Part shown: in pieces, positions 50,651-59,426 of the stretch
How positions within the stretch are numbered: position 1 is the stretch's first letter
How the letters are laid out: each line of letters starts with the position of its first letter
Assembly (NCBI GenBank): GCA_963848205.1
Contig: CAWKCV010000002.1
Span: forward strand, 195,817-259,816
Source: an uncultured Alphaproteobacteria bacterium
Lineage (GTDB): Bacteria > Pseudomonadota > Alphaproteobacteria > Acetobacterales > Acetobacteraceae
Direction: 5' to 3'
DNA: 64,000 nt
Notes under the pieces: generated by a model
What the model was told of the DNA's origin: nothing
Database searches by the model: none
The model's input: the letters and a program-made list of their open reading frames with translations, nothing else
Program-made: the position numbers and the translations under genes

Positions 50651-50654
<4 letters not shown>

Positions 50655-51517
50655 GCACGGTCACAGTGGCCGCCACACAATTTGCGATGTCGCCCGATCG
50701 CGCAGCCAACATCGCGCATGCCGAAGAGATCGTGCGCCAGGCGGCCGCGGCAGGCGCGCAGATCATTCTGCTGCCGGAGCTGTTCGAGTTGCCTTACTGG
50801 TGCAAGGACCAGGATCCGAGATGGTTTGCCGAAGCCGGCGAAATCGGCAGCCACCCTACACTCGCGCGGTTCGCCGCATTGGCGCGCGAGCTCGGTGTCG
50901 TTCTACCCGTCAGCTTTTTCGAACGCGCGAATCTGGCTTACTACAACTCGATCGCCATCATCGATGCCGATGGCAAGATGCTCGGCCATTACCGCAAGTC
51001 CCACATACCGGATGGTCCAGGCTACCAGGAGAAATTCTATTTCCGCGGTGGCGATACCGGGTTTCGCGTGTGGCAAACGGTTTTCGGCACCATCGGCGTA
51101 GGCATCTGCTGGGACCAATGGTTTCCCGAGTCGGCCCGCTGCATGGCGCTGATGGGCGCAGAGATGCTGTTCTATCCCACCGCCATCGGCAGCGAACCGC
51201 AGGACGCCACATTGGATAGCAAGGAGCATTGGCAGATCGTCATGCGCGGCCACGCAGGCGCCAACCTGATGCCGCTCGTCGCCTCCAACCGCGTGGGCTT
51301 CGAGCAGGGTGCCACCTGTTCCGCCACATACTATGGCTCGTCATTCATTGCCGGGCCCGTAGGCGACAAGTTGCAGGAAGCCGGGCGCGACGGCGACGCC
51401 GTTCTGGTGCAAAGCTTCGACCTGGCTGCAATCCGCCAGCAACGAGACAGCTGGGGCATCTTCCGCGATCGGCGGCCTGAGCTGTATGGAGCAATCGGAC
51501 GGGCAGACGGAAAGTAG
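50651..51517 (+). CDS. aguB: N-carbamoylputrescine amidase (nitrilase superfamily)
   Basis: ATG 50651 (ATGA overlap with the aguA stop). LPELF, YRKSHIPDGPGYQEKFYF and ICWDQWFPE (catalytic Cys). Confidence 0.88.
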
Positions 51518-51551
51518 GCTTGTGCGCTGCGCCACAGCATTTTCAGACTGT

Positions 51552-51565
51552 TGACAGCGCTGTCT
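51552..51565 (+). promoter_or_regulatory. LacI/GalR-type palindromic operator upstream of the GluP-like transporter gene
   Basis: TGACAGCGCTGTCT, whose core GACAGCGCTGTC is a perfect 12-bp palindrome. It overlaps TTGACA (51551-51556), ~40 nt upstream of ATG 51605. Nearly identical to the site at 62883-62904. Confidence 0.6.
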
Positions 51566-51604
51566 CATGCTTTCAGGTGTGGGCAGAATCGATCGAGGGT
51601 GGCC

Positions 51605-52897
51605 ATGCAGTCCGATACGTCTTCCACTCAGGCCAGCGATATTGCAGTGCATCAGAACAGGCTTCTCGCGCTGATGATGTCGATGTTCTTTGCGTTCGGC
51701 TTCTGCACCGTTCTGGTCGACACGTTGATTCCGAAGCTGCGTGCAATGTTCGCGCTGAACTATGCCGAGGCAATGCTGACGCAGTTCTGCTTCTTCGGCG
51801 CCTATTTTGTCATCTCCGCGCCTGCCGGCTGGCTGATGAACCGCATCGGATATCTACGGGGCATGACGACGGGCCTGGTGGTGATGGCGACCGGGGCGCT
51901 GATGTTCACGCCGGCGGCGCGTCTCGGCCTTTACCCGGGCTTTCTGGCCGCCTTGTTCATCCTGGCAAGCGGCGTGACCATCGTGCAGGTCGCGGCCAAC
52001 CCGCTGACTGCCTCGCTGGGCGCGCCCGAGCAGGCGCCAAGCAGGCTCACGCTGGCACAGGCGTTCAACTCGCTGGCCACCATGATCGGGCCCATCGTCG
52101 GCTCGGCCCTCATCCTGTCCCACATGTCGGCCATGCCGGATGCCGCGCGCACCGCGCCCGCCGTGCTGGCGGGCCTGCGCCAGCACGAGGCAAGCGTGGT
52201 CCAGGTGCCATTCCTCGCCATTGCGGCGATCCTGCTGGCATTGGCTGGTCTGTGCTGGCGGTTTCGCGGTTGGGCCGCGCCGATGCCGCCAAACGCAAGC
52301 GGCGCCTTCGGCCGGCTGCTGGCGAACCGCCGGCTGGTATTCGGGGCGATTGGATTGTTCGCATATGTGGGCGCCGAAGTCTCGATCGGGAGCAGTATCG
52401 CCAACTACCTCATGCAACCCGACGTGCTCGACCTGCAGGCGCAGACCGCAGGCCAGTTGGTGAGCGTCTATTGGGGACTCGCGATGGTTGGCCGTTTCTG
52501 CGGCACCGCCATTTTGCGCTTGGTCGCGCCAGGCAAGGTGCTTGCAGTTTGCGCCTGCTGCGCCGCCGGCCTGGCCATCTGCAGCGGCGCCTCCGCGGGT
52601 TACGAAGCGGCGGGTTTCATCCTGGCGATCGGGCTGTTCAACTCGATCATGTTCCCCACGATCTTCGCGCTTTCCATTGCCACGCTCGGCGAGGATGCGG
52701 CCGAGGCTTCCGGCGTGCTTTGCCTGTCGATCGTCGGCGGCGCCGTAGTGCCGCTTCTGACCGGCATCGCGGCAGATCATGTGGGGCTGGGGCGGGCGCT
52801 GCTGGTGCCGGTGATCTGTTACGGTTGGGTGGGGTTCTTCGGGTTGTTCTGCGCGCGGCAGGAGAGGCGGCGGGACGAGTACGCAACCGCTAGATAG
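51605..52897 (+). CDS. MFS sugar transporter, glucose/galactose (GluP) / FucP family
   Basis: ATG 51605 after GAGGGTGG. FFAFGFCTVLVDTLIPKLRAMF ... QFCFFGAYFV ... is typical of GluP/FucP-type MFS; 12 hydrophobic spans. Confidence 0.8.
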   Translation: MQSDTSSTQASDIAVHQNRLLALMMSMFFAFGFCTVLVDTLIPKLRAMFALNYAEAMLTQFCFFGAYFVISAPAGWLMNRIGYLRGMTTGLVVMATGALMFTPAARLGLYPGFLAALFILASGVTIVQVAANPLTASLGAPEQAPSRLTLAQAFNSLATMIGPIVGSALILSHMSAMPDAARTAPAVLAGLRQHEASVVQVPFLAIAAILLALAGLCWRFRGWAAPMPPNASGAFGRLLANRRLVFGAIGLFAYVGAEVSIGSSIANYLMQPDVLDLQAQTAGQLVSVYWGLAMVGRFCGTAILRLVAPGKVLAVCACCAAGLAICSGASAGYEAAGFILAIGLFNSIMFPTIFALSIATLGEDAAEASGVLCLSIVGGAVVPLLTGIAADHVGLGRALLVPVICYGWVGFFGLFCARQERRRDEYATAR

Positions 52898-52937
52898 AGT
52901 TTTCTGGCTTCTTCTCTTCAAAAAAGAAGGTTTGCCT
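52896..52937 (+). repeat. palindromic intergenic element, copy K (forward, CTTC-type stem)
   Basis: agagttttctggCTTCTTctcttcaaaAAGAAGgtttgcc. It fills the 38-nt gap between the convergent gluP-like and lacI-family stops and overlaps both stop codons. Confidence 0.7.
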
Positions 52938-53979
52938 ACCTACTTGAAAGCACGCCCGTAGAAAGCCCCGGCATCAACGTAAACGGCGGCAGATCCGCCC
53001 CGCCATCCTCATCGCATTCCGCGCTCACATCCGTGCCGGTGAGCCGCTCCGCCGCCAGTGCCGCCATTTCCACGATTGGCTGACGCAACGTCGTCAGGCG
53101 CGGGCGGCTGAAGCGCGACCCGGTGCTGTCGTCGAAGCCTGCCACCGAGAGGTCGTGCGGCACGCGCAGACCGAGTTCGGCGGCGACGGCCATGCAGCCG
53201 AGCGCCATGTCGTCGTTGCTGGCGAAGATTGCCGTGGGCCGCGTGGGGCGCGAGAGCAGCGCGTGGCCGGCCTGCACGCCGGCAGCGTAGGTGAAGTCCC
53301 CTTCCGCGATCCAGGGCGTGACGAGACCGCGCGCCTGCATTGCCTGCTGGAAACCCGCCCGGCGCGCCCGGCTGGCGCCGTAGCGCGGATCGCCTTCGAT
53401 GAAGCCAATTCTGCGATGGCCCAGATTGAGCAGGTAATCCGTCATGCCGCAGGCGGCGGCGTGGTCGTCGAGCGAGAGGCGTAGCCCGCCGCCGCTGGGG
53501 CGTTCGGGGCCGAGCCGGACGTAAGGCGTGCCTGCCTCGCGCAGCACCGCAAGCAATGTCTCGTCGTCCGAGCTCGGCGGGGTGAGGATCGCGCCGTCCG
53601 GCTTGAGTGCCGCCAGCAGCTTCTGCACGTCGTGCCGCATGGAGGCCGCTTCGTTGTCCACCAGCTCGATCAGCAGGTGGAACCCCGCGCGCCGGCACGG
53701 CAGCGTGGCACCCAATTGTATGCGCGCGAGATAATCGGTGCCGCGCTCGTTGCGCCAATGCTGCAGCGTCAGGCTTGCATCGACGAATGCCACGATCAGG
53801 GAAGATCGAGCGCCCGCCAGGCTTCGTGCCGAACGGTCCGGGTGGTACTGCAAGGCGGCCGCGGCTTCCTGCACACGCGCGCGCATCGCAGCGCGTACGT
53901 TCGGTTCGGCATTCATCACGCGCGATACGGTCTTGATCGAGACACCGGCCCGGTCCGCTACGTCGTAAATCGTGGCCAA
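52936..53979 (-). CDS. LacI family transcriptional regulator
   Basis: TTG at 53979 gives (M)ATIYDVADRAGVSIKTVSRVMN (LacI helix-turn-helix) followed by a periplasmic-binding-protein-like sugar domain. The upstream 42 codons of ORF 52936..54105 look like read-through. Confidence 0.85.
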   Translation of the reverse strand: MATIYDVADRAGVSIKTVSRVMNAEPNVRAAMRARVQEAAAALQYHPDRSARSLAGARSSLIVAFVDASLTLQHWRNERGTDYLARIQLGATLPCRRAGFHLLIELVDNEAASMRHDVQKLLAALKPDGAILTPPSSDDETLLAVLREAGTPYVRLGPERPSGGGLRLSLDDHAAACGMTDYLLNLGHRRIGFIEGDPRYGASRARRAGFQQAMQARGLVTPWIAEGDFTYAAGVQAGHALLSRPTRPTAIFASNDDMALGCMAVAAELGLRVPHDLSVAGFDDSTGSRFSRPRLTTLRQPIVEMAALAAERLTGTDVSAECDEDGGADLPPFTLMPGLSTGVLSSR

Positions 53980-54076
53980 CCAATCATCCCCTCGTGCCGG
54001 CTTGACGCCGCCCGGCCAGACATCCAACGTCGTTAGATACGTCCTGTCCTTGGGCGCCAATATCAGAGATCGCAAC

Positions 54077-55333
54077 TTGCCCAGCAAGGCCAGCAGTGGC
54101 AGCACGCCGCCGCTTGCCGGCAGAACTTACACCGGCGGCTGGCTGTTCACCGCACTCTACGCGGTGGCCAACCTCGGCGCCTTCATCGCGTTCATTCCGC
54201 TGCTGCAGATACTCGTGCCGTTGCGCGCCGCTGCCATTGCCGTAGCAGACCCTGCTTTGCTGCTGAGCCGTGTGGCGTTTGCCGGCGCAGTGGCGGCCAG
54301 CCTGGGCAACATCGCCTCCGGCATGCTGAGCGATAGAACCTTGCGCCGCACGGGCGGCCGCCGCCGCTGGGTGCTCGGCGGCCTGGCCGGCATGTGCGTC
54401 TCCTACGCGCTGATCGAACGCGCCGCGTCGCCTTCCGGCCTGCTCTGGTCCGTGATCCTGTTCCAGGTAGCATTCAACGCCATGTTCGCGCCGCTCGGCG
54501 CGGTTCTGGCCGACAACATTGCCGAGGGCCGGCGCGGTTTCGTCTCCTCCCTGCTGGGCCTGGGCTACCCGCTCGGCAACCTGATCGGCACCCAACTGAT
54601 CGGCAACGCACTGGTGGGGCAAGCCGCCCGCTTTGGCGTGCTGGCGCTGATCGTCTCGGCTTGCATCGTGCCGTTCGCCTGCCTGCTCCGTCCAGTGGCA
54701 CCCGTGGAAGCGCACGGACCAGGCTGGCGCGCGGTGCTGCTGTTAAATCCATTCCGGCACAAGGACTTTTCCTACGCGCTCGCCAGCCGCGTGCTGATCG
54801 TCACTGCGTTCAGCATCGTACAAGGTTACCTGCTGCTCGATTTGCAGCAACTGACGTCGAACGGCGTGATCGGTGCCGCGCGGCCCGAGGCGGCGTTTGC
54901 CAACCTCGCGGCAATCGCCACCGGCGCCAACATCGTCTGCGCCCTGATCGGCGGCGCGGCGTCCGACCGGGCAGGGCGGCGGGGCTGGTTCGTGCTGGCC
55001 GCCGGCGTGGTTATGGCTGCGGGCATCGCGATCCTGGCCGGTGCGGAGGGATGGCGCGGCCTTCAGGCGGGCAGCCTGGTCTATGGATGCGGCGCCGGGC
55101 TGTTCTACGCCGTGGACCTGGCCCTGGTCGTGCAGGTCCTGCCCTCCTTGCAGAATGCCGGACGCGACCTCGGCATCGTCAACCTGTCCAACACCCTGCC
55201 GCAAGCGATGGCGCCGCTCATCGCTCTGGCATTGCTGGGACAGTCGGGACTCTCGTTTCGCGCCCTCTTTCTGTGCGGGGCAGGTGCCGCGCTGCTGGGG
55301 GCCGTGCTGATACTGCGCCTGCGGAACCGGTGA
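54077..55333 (+). CDS. MFS transporter, glycoside-pentoside-hexuronide (GPH)-like; start uncertain
   Basis: ORF 53972..55333 is hydrophobic throughout, with GMLSDRTLRRTGGRRRWVLGG (MFS/GPH loop motif). No in-frame ATG near the 5' end; TTG 54077 is chosen to avoid overlapping the divergent lacI gene. Confidence 0.7.
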   Translation: MPSKASSGSTPPLAGRTYTGGWLFTALYAVANLGAFIAFIPLLQILVPLRAAAIAVADPALLLSRVAFAGAVAASLGNIASGMLSDRTLRRTGGRRRWVLGGLAGMCVSYALIERAASPSGLLWSVILFQVAFNAMFAPLGAVLADNIAEGRRGFVSSLLGLGYPLGNLIGTQLIGNALVGQAARFGVLALIVSACIVPFACLLRPVAPVEAHGPGWRAVLLLNPFRHKDFSYALASRVLIVTAFSIVQGYLLLDLQQLTSNGVIGAARPEAAFANLAAIATGANIVCALIGGAASDRAGRRGWFVLAAGVVMAAGIAILAGAEGWRGLQAGSLVYGCGAGLFYAVDLALVVQVLPSLQNAGRDLGIVNLSNTLPQAMAPLIALALLGQSGLSFRALFLCGAGAALLGAVLILRLRNR

Positions 55334-57890
55334 TTGGGACATTGCAGCCCGCCTGAACCGGCCCTTCCACCAGCGAGACGTCGCGTATCGCCAAACCGGC
55401 ACGGCCGGCTGTCCGCAGCGCGAACGGCACGCTGATCCGCCGCATGTCGGCGCCAGAGGATGCGAAACATGCAAGAGCGATCTGCAAGGTTTTCCAATCC
55501 GCACCTGGCGGCGCGAGTTTTGCCGTCACGTCCAGCCAGCCCGCACAACCGTCGCCGCATTGCATGCCGAGCAGAATTGGTTGGGTGGGCGCCTGGGTCG
55601 TCCGGTAGGTCAGGCGAAGGGCCGCGCGGGAGTTGGCCTGCGCGGACAGGTCCGTCTGCGTATCGCCGATCCACAAGGTGGCGGCTGCGCTGCCGGACCA
55701 GGATGCCGCGATGGCATTGTCCTGCGGCGTTGCCTGCACGGCGCCGCCCGGCGAGCTCTGTTGCAGGCCGGTCAGGCGGACCTGCGCCGCGCCATCTGTG
55801 ACGTAGATGGACCACGGCGCGATCACGTGACCGCCCGCATAGAAGGTCTGCGCCGGATCTCGCGCCACGGATGACCCGGGATACTCCGAAAGATGCGGCA
55901 CGGCGGCAGGATGGGCGAAGTCCAAGCCATAGCCATTGGCAAAGAGCGCCCCGGAGACGGGCCCGTCGGCCTCGTAGCTCACCGGCAGGGCGGTGGCGGG
56001 CCAGGGAAAGCTCAGCCGGCCGGTGAAGTCGCGCGCCGGGGCATTCGGCGGCGCGCGGAACAGCAGGTCGGCCACGCCCTCGCCTTCGCTGCCGGGCAGC
56101 CAGGCAACGACGAACGCGTCCGACAGGTTGATCTCGGGATTGACCCACAGCGGCCGCCCCGAGAGCAGCACACTGACCACTTGGATGTGCTGCGCGCGCA
56201 GGCGACGCAGCATCGCGCGCACATGCTCGGCCTCGGGCAGTCGCAAATCGTCGCGGTCGCCCTCGAACTCCGCGTAAGGATGCTCGCCATAAACGACAAT
56301 GGCCACATCGGGCTTTTGCGTGAATGTGCCATCCGGGCTGTAGGCGACCGTGCCGCCGCTTTGTTCGGCTGCGGCCTTGATGCCGGCCAGGATGGAGGTT
56401 GCACCCAGGATATCGGCATTGCTGTTATGCGCACCTTGCCAGTCGATCGTCCAGCCGCCGCATTGCTCGCCGACGCCGTCGGCAGCCGCACCTACGACCA
56501 ACACGTGCCGGCCCGGAATGATCGGAAGCAATTTGGATTGGTTCTTAAGCAGGACGAGGGATTCGCGCACCGCCTGGCGCGCGAGCGCGCGGTGGGCAGG
56601 CGATCCCAGCAACGCGAAATTGCCGCCTTGCGGCGCGTGGGCGCCCGGGCCGATCAATCCGGATGCCGTCTTCACGCGCAGGATGCGCCGCACTGCGTCG
56701 TCGATGCGTGACGCTGGAATGGTACCGGCACGCGCCTGATCCAGCAGATTGCCATACATCTGCTTCCAGCTATCCGGCGCCATCACCATGTCGATTCCCG
56801 CATTGATAGCCTGCGAACAAGAGAATTTCGTGCAGCCCGGGATTTCCTCCTGCGCGTTCCAGTCGCCGATGACGAAACCGCCGAACTGCCAGCGCTGCTT
56901 CAGCACACCGTCCAGCAGGCTGGCGTTGGCATGCATCTTTTCGCCGCGCCACGAATTGTAGGAGGCCATGACGGTGCCCACGCCGGCTTCGATGGCCGCG
57001 CGATAGCCCGCACCATGCACACGGCGCAGCACGTCCTCCGCCACTTTCGTATCGCCCTGATCGCGCCCGTCCTGCGTGCCGCCATCACCGATGAAATGCT
57101 TGGCCGAAGAGAGCACGTGTCCTGCGCCGAAATAGTCCGGCGTGCCGAATTTGCCTTGCAAGCCCGTCACCATCGCAGAGGCGTAGGCGGCGACCAAAGC
57201 GGGATCGCTGCTGTAGCTTTCATATGCGCGGCCCCAGCGCGGATCACGCGCGACGGCCACGGTGGGTGCGAACGCCCAGTCGATGCCGATGGCCGAGACT
57301 TCCTCGGCGGTGGCCTTGCCGATGCGCTCGATCAGTGCGGCATCGTGCGTGGCACCCAGCCCCACATTATGCGGGAATATCGTCGCGCCGGGTATTTTCG
57401 CGTTGCCATGCACCGCATCGATGCCGAAGAGAATCGGGATGGCGGGATGCGCGCCGGTACTGCCATCGCGCGCTGCCTGGCGATAATCGGACACCAGCTT
57501 CAACCAGGCTTCGGGCGAGGCATGAATGTTCGCGCCCGGCGCACTCAATCCACCGGCGAGCACGGCGCCCAACCTGTAGTGCCGCAGATCGTCCGGTGTG
57601 ATGGTGCTGATATCGGCCTGCACCATCTGGCCGACTTTGTCCTCCAGGCTCATGCGCGCAAGCAGCCCGTTCACATACAATTCGGATTCCGGCGACAGGA
57701 GTTGTATTCGCGGCAGTGCTTCCCACGCCGAAGGATTGGCAATCGATGAAGGTGGCTGTTGGGCGGATGCGACAAACCCCACCGAACACGCCGCCAATGT
57801 TACGGCCGCAGACACCGCGACATTCCGGCGCGTTGCCGTTCGGTCCTGATTTTTGCTCACGACGTGCGAAACTCCAGGTACTGGCGGCAA
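55218..57890 (-). CDS. glycoside hydrolase family 3 exo-beta-glucosidase/glucanase (ExoP-like, with extra C-terminal beta-sandwich domain)
   Basis: 890 aa. LEDKVGQMVQ, FGIDAVHGNAKIPGATIFPHNVGLGATHD, SYNSWRGEKMH, GFVIGDW (nucleophile region). ~250-aa C-terminal domain beyond the GH3 core. Start (TTG 57890 or GTG 57860) uncertain. Confidence 0.88.
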   Translation of the reverse strand: MPPVPGVSHVVSKNQDRTATRRNVAVSAAVTLAACSVGFVASAQQPPSSIANPSAWEALPRIQLLSPESELYVNGLLARMSLEDKVGQMVQADISTITPDDLRHYRLGAVLAGGLSAPGANIHASPEAWLKLVSDYRQAARDGSTGAHPAIPILFGIDAVHGNAKIPGATIFPHNVGLGATHDAALIERIGKATAEEVSAIGIDWAFAPTVAVARDPRWGRAYESYSSDPALVAAYASAMVTGLQGKFGTPDYFGAGHVLSSAKHFIGDGGTQDGRDQGDTKVAEDVLRRVHGAGYRAAIEAGVGTVMASYNSWRGEKMHANASLLDGVLKQRWQFGGFVIGDWNAQEEIPGCTKFSCSQAINAGIDMVMAPDSWKQMYGNLLDQARAGTIPASRIDDAVRRILRVKTASGLIGPGAHAPQGGNFALLGSPAHRALARQAVRESLVLLKNQSKLLPIIPGRHVLVVGAAADGVGEQCGGWTIDWQGAHNSNADILGATSILAGIKAAAEQSGGTVAYSPDGTFTQKPDVAIVVYGEHPYAEFEGDRDDLRLPEAEHVRAMLRRLRAQHIQVVSVLLSGRPLWVNPEINLSDAFVVAWLPGSEGEGVADLLFRAPPNAPARDFTGRLSFPWPATALPVSYEADGPVSGALFANGYGLDFAHPAAVPHLSEYPGSSVARDPAQTFYAGGHVIAPWSIYVTDGAAQVRLTGLQQSSPGGAVQATPQDNAIAASWSGSAAATLWIGDTQTDLSAQANSRAALRLTYRTTQAPTQPILLGMQCGDGCAGWLDVTAKLAPPGADWKTLQIALACFASSGADMRRISVPFALRTAGRAGLAIRDVSLVEGPVQAGCNVPITGSAGAVSARPPAARHLPRTERGRETRVPTVPAMPER

Positions 57891-59411
57891 TCAGCCGGCG
57901 GCCCGCAGCGAACGGGCGAAGAAGCTATGATGGCCGGGAGAAGCAGCGGTGATCTGCGCCACACCCTGCTTGATCTGGTCCATCACGCCGAACAGGTCCC
58001 GCCTCGACGGCAGGTCTGCGATCGGATCGGACGCGGCGGGTTCGACGCCAAGGCCTTCGAAGACGTAGAACCAGCTCAGATCGCTGAAAATCTCGAACGG
58101 CTTAGGCAGGATGCGCCCGGTCTCGCGATACAAGTCGATGCGCGACAGGAGCGAGTCCGGCAGGCTCATGGTCGCGCAATACTGCCAGAACGGCGTATCG
58201 CGCCGGCCGGCGAGGCAATAGTGCAGGATGATGAAATCGCGGACCTCGTCGAATTCGCCCGTCATGAACCTGTTGTAGGCGTCGATGTTGCGCGCGCCGA
58301 ATCTACGGTCCGGGAAATGGTCGATGAGCTTGAGAATGCCGCTGACGACGAGATGGATGCTCGTCAATTCGAGCGGCTCGAGAAACCCCGACGCCAAGCC
58401 CAGCGACACGCAATTGCCCACCCAGAAAGCCTCGCGCCGGCCGGTGGTGAAACGTAACTGGCGTGGCGCTTGCTGCGGTGCGCTACCGATGCCTTCAAGC
58501 AGCACCGCTTCGGCCTGCGCATCCGTCATCCAGCGGCTGCTATAAACCACGCCGTTGCCGGTGCGGTGCTGGAGCGGGATCTGCCAGCGCCAGCCCGCGC
58601 CATGGGCGGCCGAAAGCGTGTAGGGCGGGCGATGTTCCAGCGGCGCACTGGGGGCCGCCAGCGCCCGGTCGCAGGGCAGCCAGTGACGCCAATCCTGATA
58701 GGCCACGCCCAGCTCGCCGCCGATGAGAGCGCCGCGGAAGCCGGAGCAATCGATGAACAGGTCGGCGGCTACCGAACGCCCGTCGGCCAACATGAGTGCC
58801 TGCAGATGGCCGTTCGTCTGGCGCGTGGCCCCGGTCACCGTGCCTTCAAGACGTGCGACCCCCGCCTGCTCGGCCATGCGGCGCAGAGCCTGGCCGACCA
58901 AAGCCGCGTCGAAATGCAGCGCGTGGCGGTAACCGGCGGTCAGTGTGTTGGCAGACGGTCGTGCGCCGAGCACGCGCCCTGCTTGCCCCAGCGAAGCCGC
59001 CAGGCTGTAGTCGGCGATCCTGCCGTTCCGCCCCTCCTGCTTCGCGCGCTGCCAGTAATGGTGGAACGGCCGGTTGTTGATCTCCGCGCCAAAACTGCCG
59101 AACGGATGCCAGTAGCGGTCGCCCGGCGCCGACCAGTCCTGGAACACGATGCCCAGCTTACACGTCGCCTGGGTGGCCGCCACGAATTCCTGCTCGTCGG
59201 CGCCGAGAAACCGCAGGAAATTCAGGATCGCCGGTATGGTCGCCTCGCCCACGCCCACGATCGGCACGTCAGGTGATTCGACGACGGTTATGTCCAGCCT
59301 GCGCCGGAACACCCGCGAGAGGGCAGCCGCGGCAATCCAGCCTGCCGTGCCGCCGCCCAACACGACCACACGCTTGATCGCGAGATCATCCATCGTGGTA
59401 TGGTCGCTCAT
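57891..59411 (-). CDS. FAD-dependent tryptophan-halogenase-family protein (function unknown in this context)
   Basis: 506 aa. VVLGGGTAGWIAA (GxGxxG), GVGEATIP, ATCKLGIVF (Lys at the PrnA K79-like position), GAGWRWQIPL (WxWxIP). Confidence 0.8.
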   Translation of the reverse strand: MSDHTTMDDLAIKRVVVLGGGTAGWIAAAALSRVFRRRLDITVVESPDVPIVGVGEATIPAILNFLRFLGADEQEFVAATQATCKLGIVFQDWSAPGDRYWHPFGSFGAEINNRPFHHYWQRAKQEGRNGRIADYSLAASLGQAGRVLGARPSANTLTAGYRHALHFDAALVGQALRRMAEQAGVARLEGTVTGATRQTNGHLQALMLADGRSVAADLFIDCSGFRGALIGGELGVAYQDWRHWLPCDRALAAPSAPLEHRPPYTLSAAHGAGWRWQIPLQHRTGNGVVYSSRWMTDAQAEAVLLEGIGSAPQQAPRQLRFTTGRREAFWVGNCVSLGLASGFLEPLELTSIHLVVSGILKLIDHFPDRRFGARNIDAYNRFMTGEFDEVRDFIILHYCLAGRRDTPFWQYCATMSLPDSLLSRIDLYRETGRILPKPFEIFSDLSWFYVFEGLGVEPAASDPIADLPSRRDLFGVMDQIKQGVAQITAASPGHHSFFARSLRAAG

Positions 59412-59426
59412 ACGCGCCGCCTTCTT

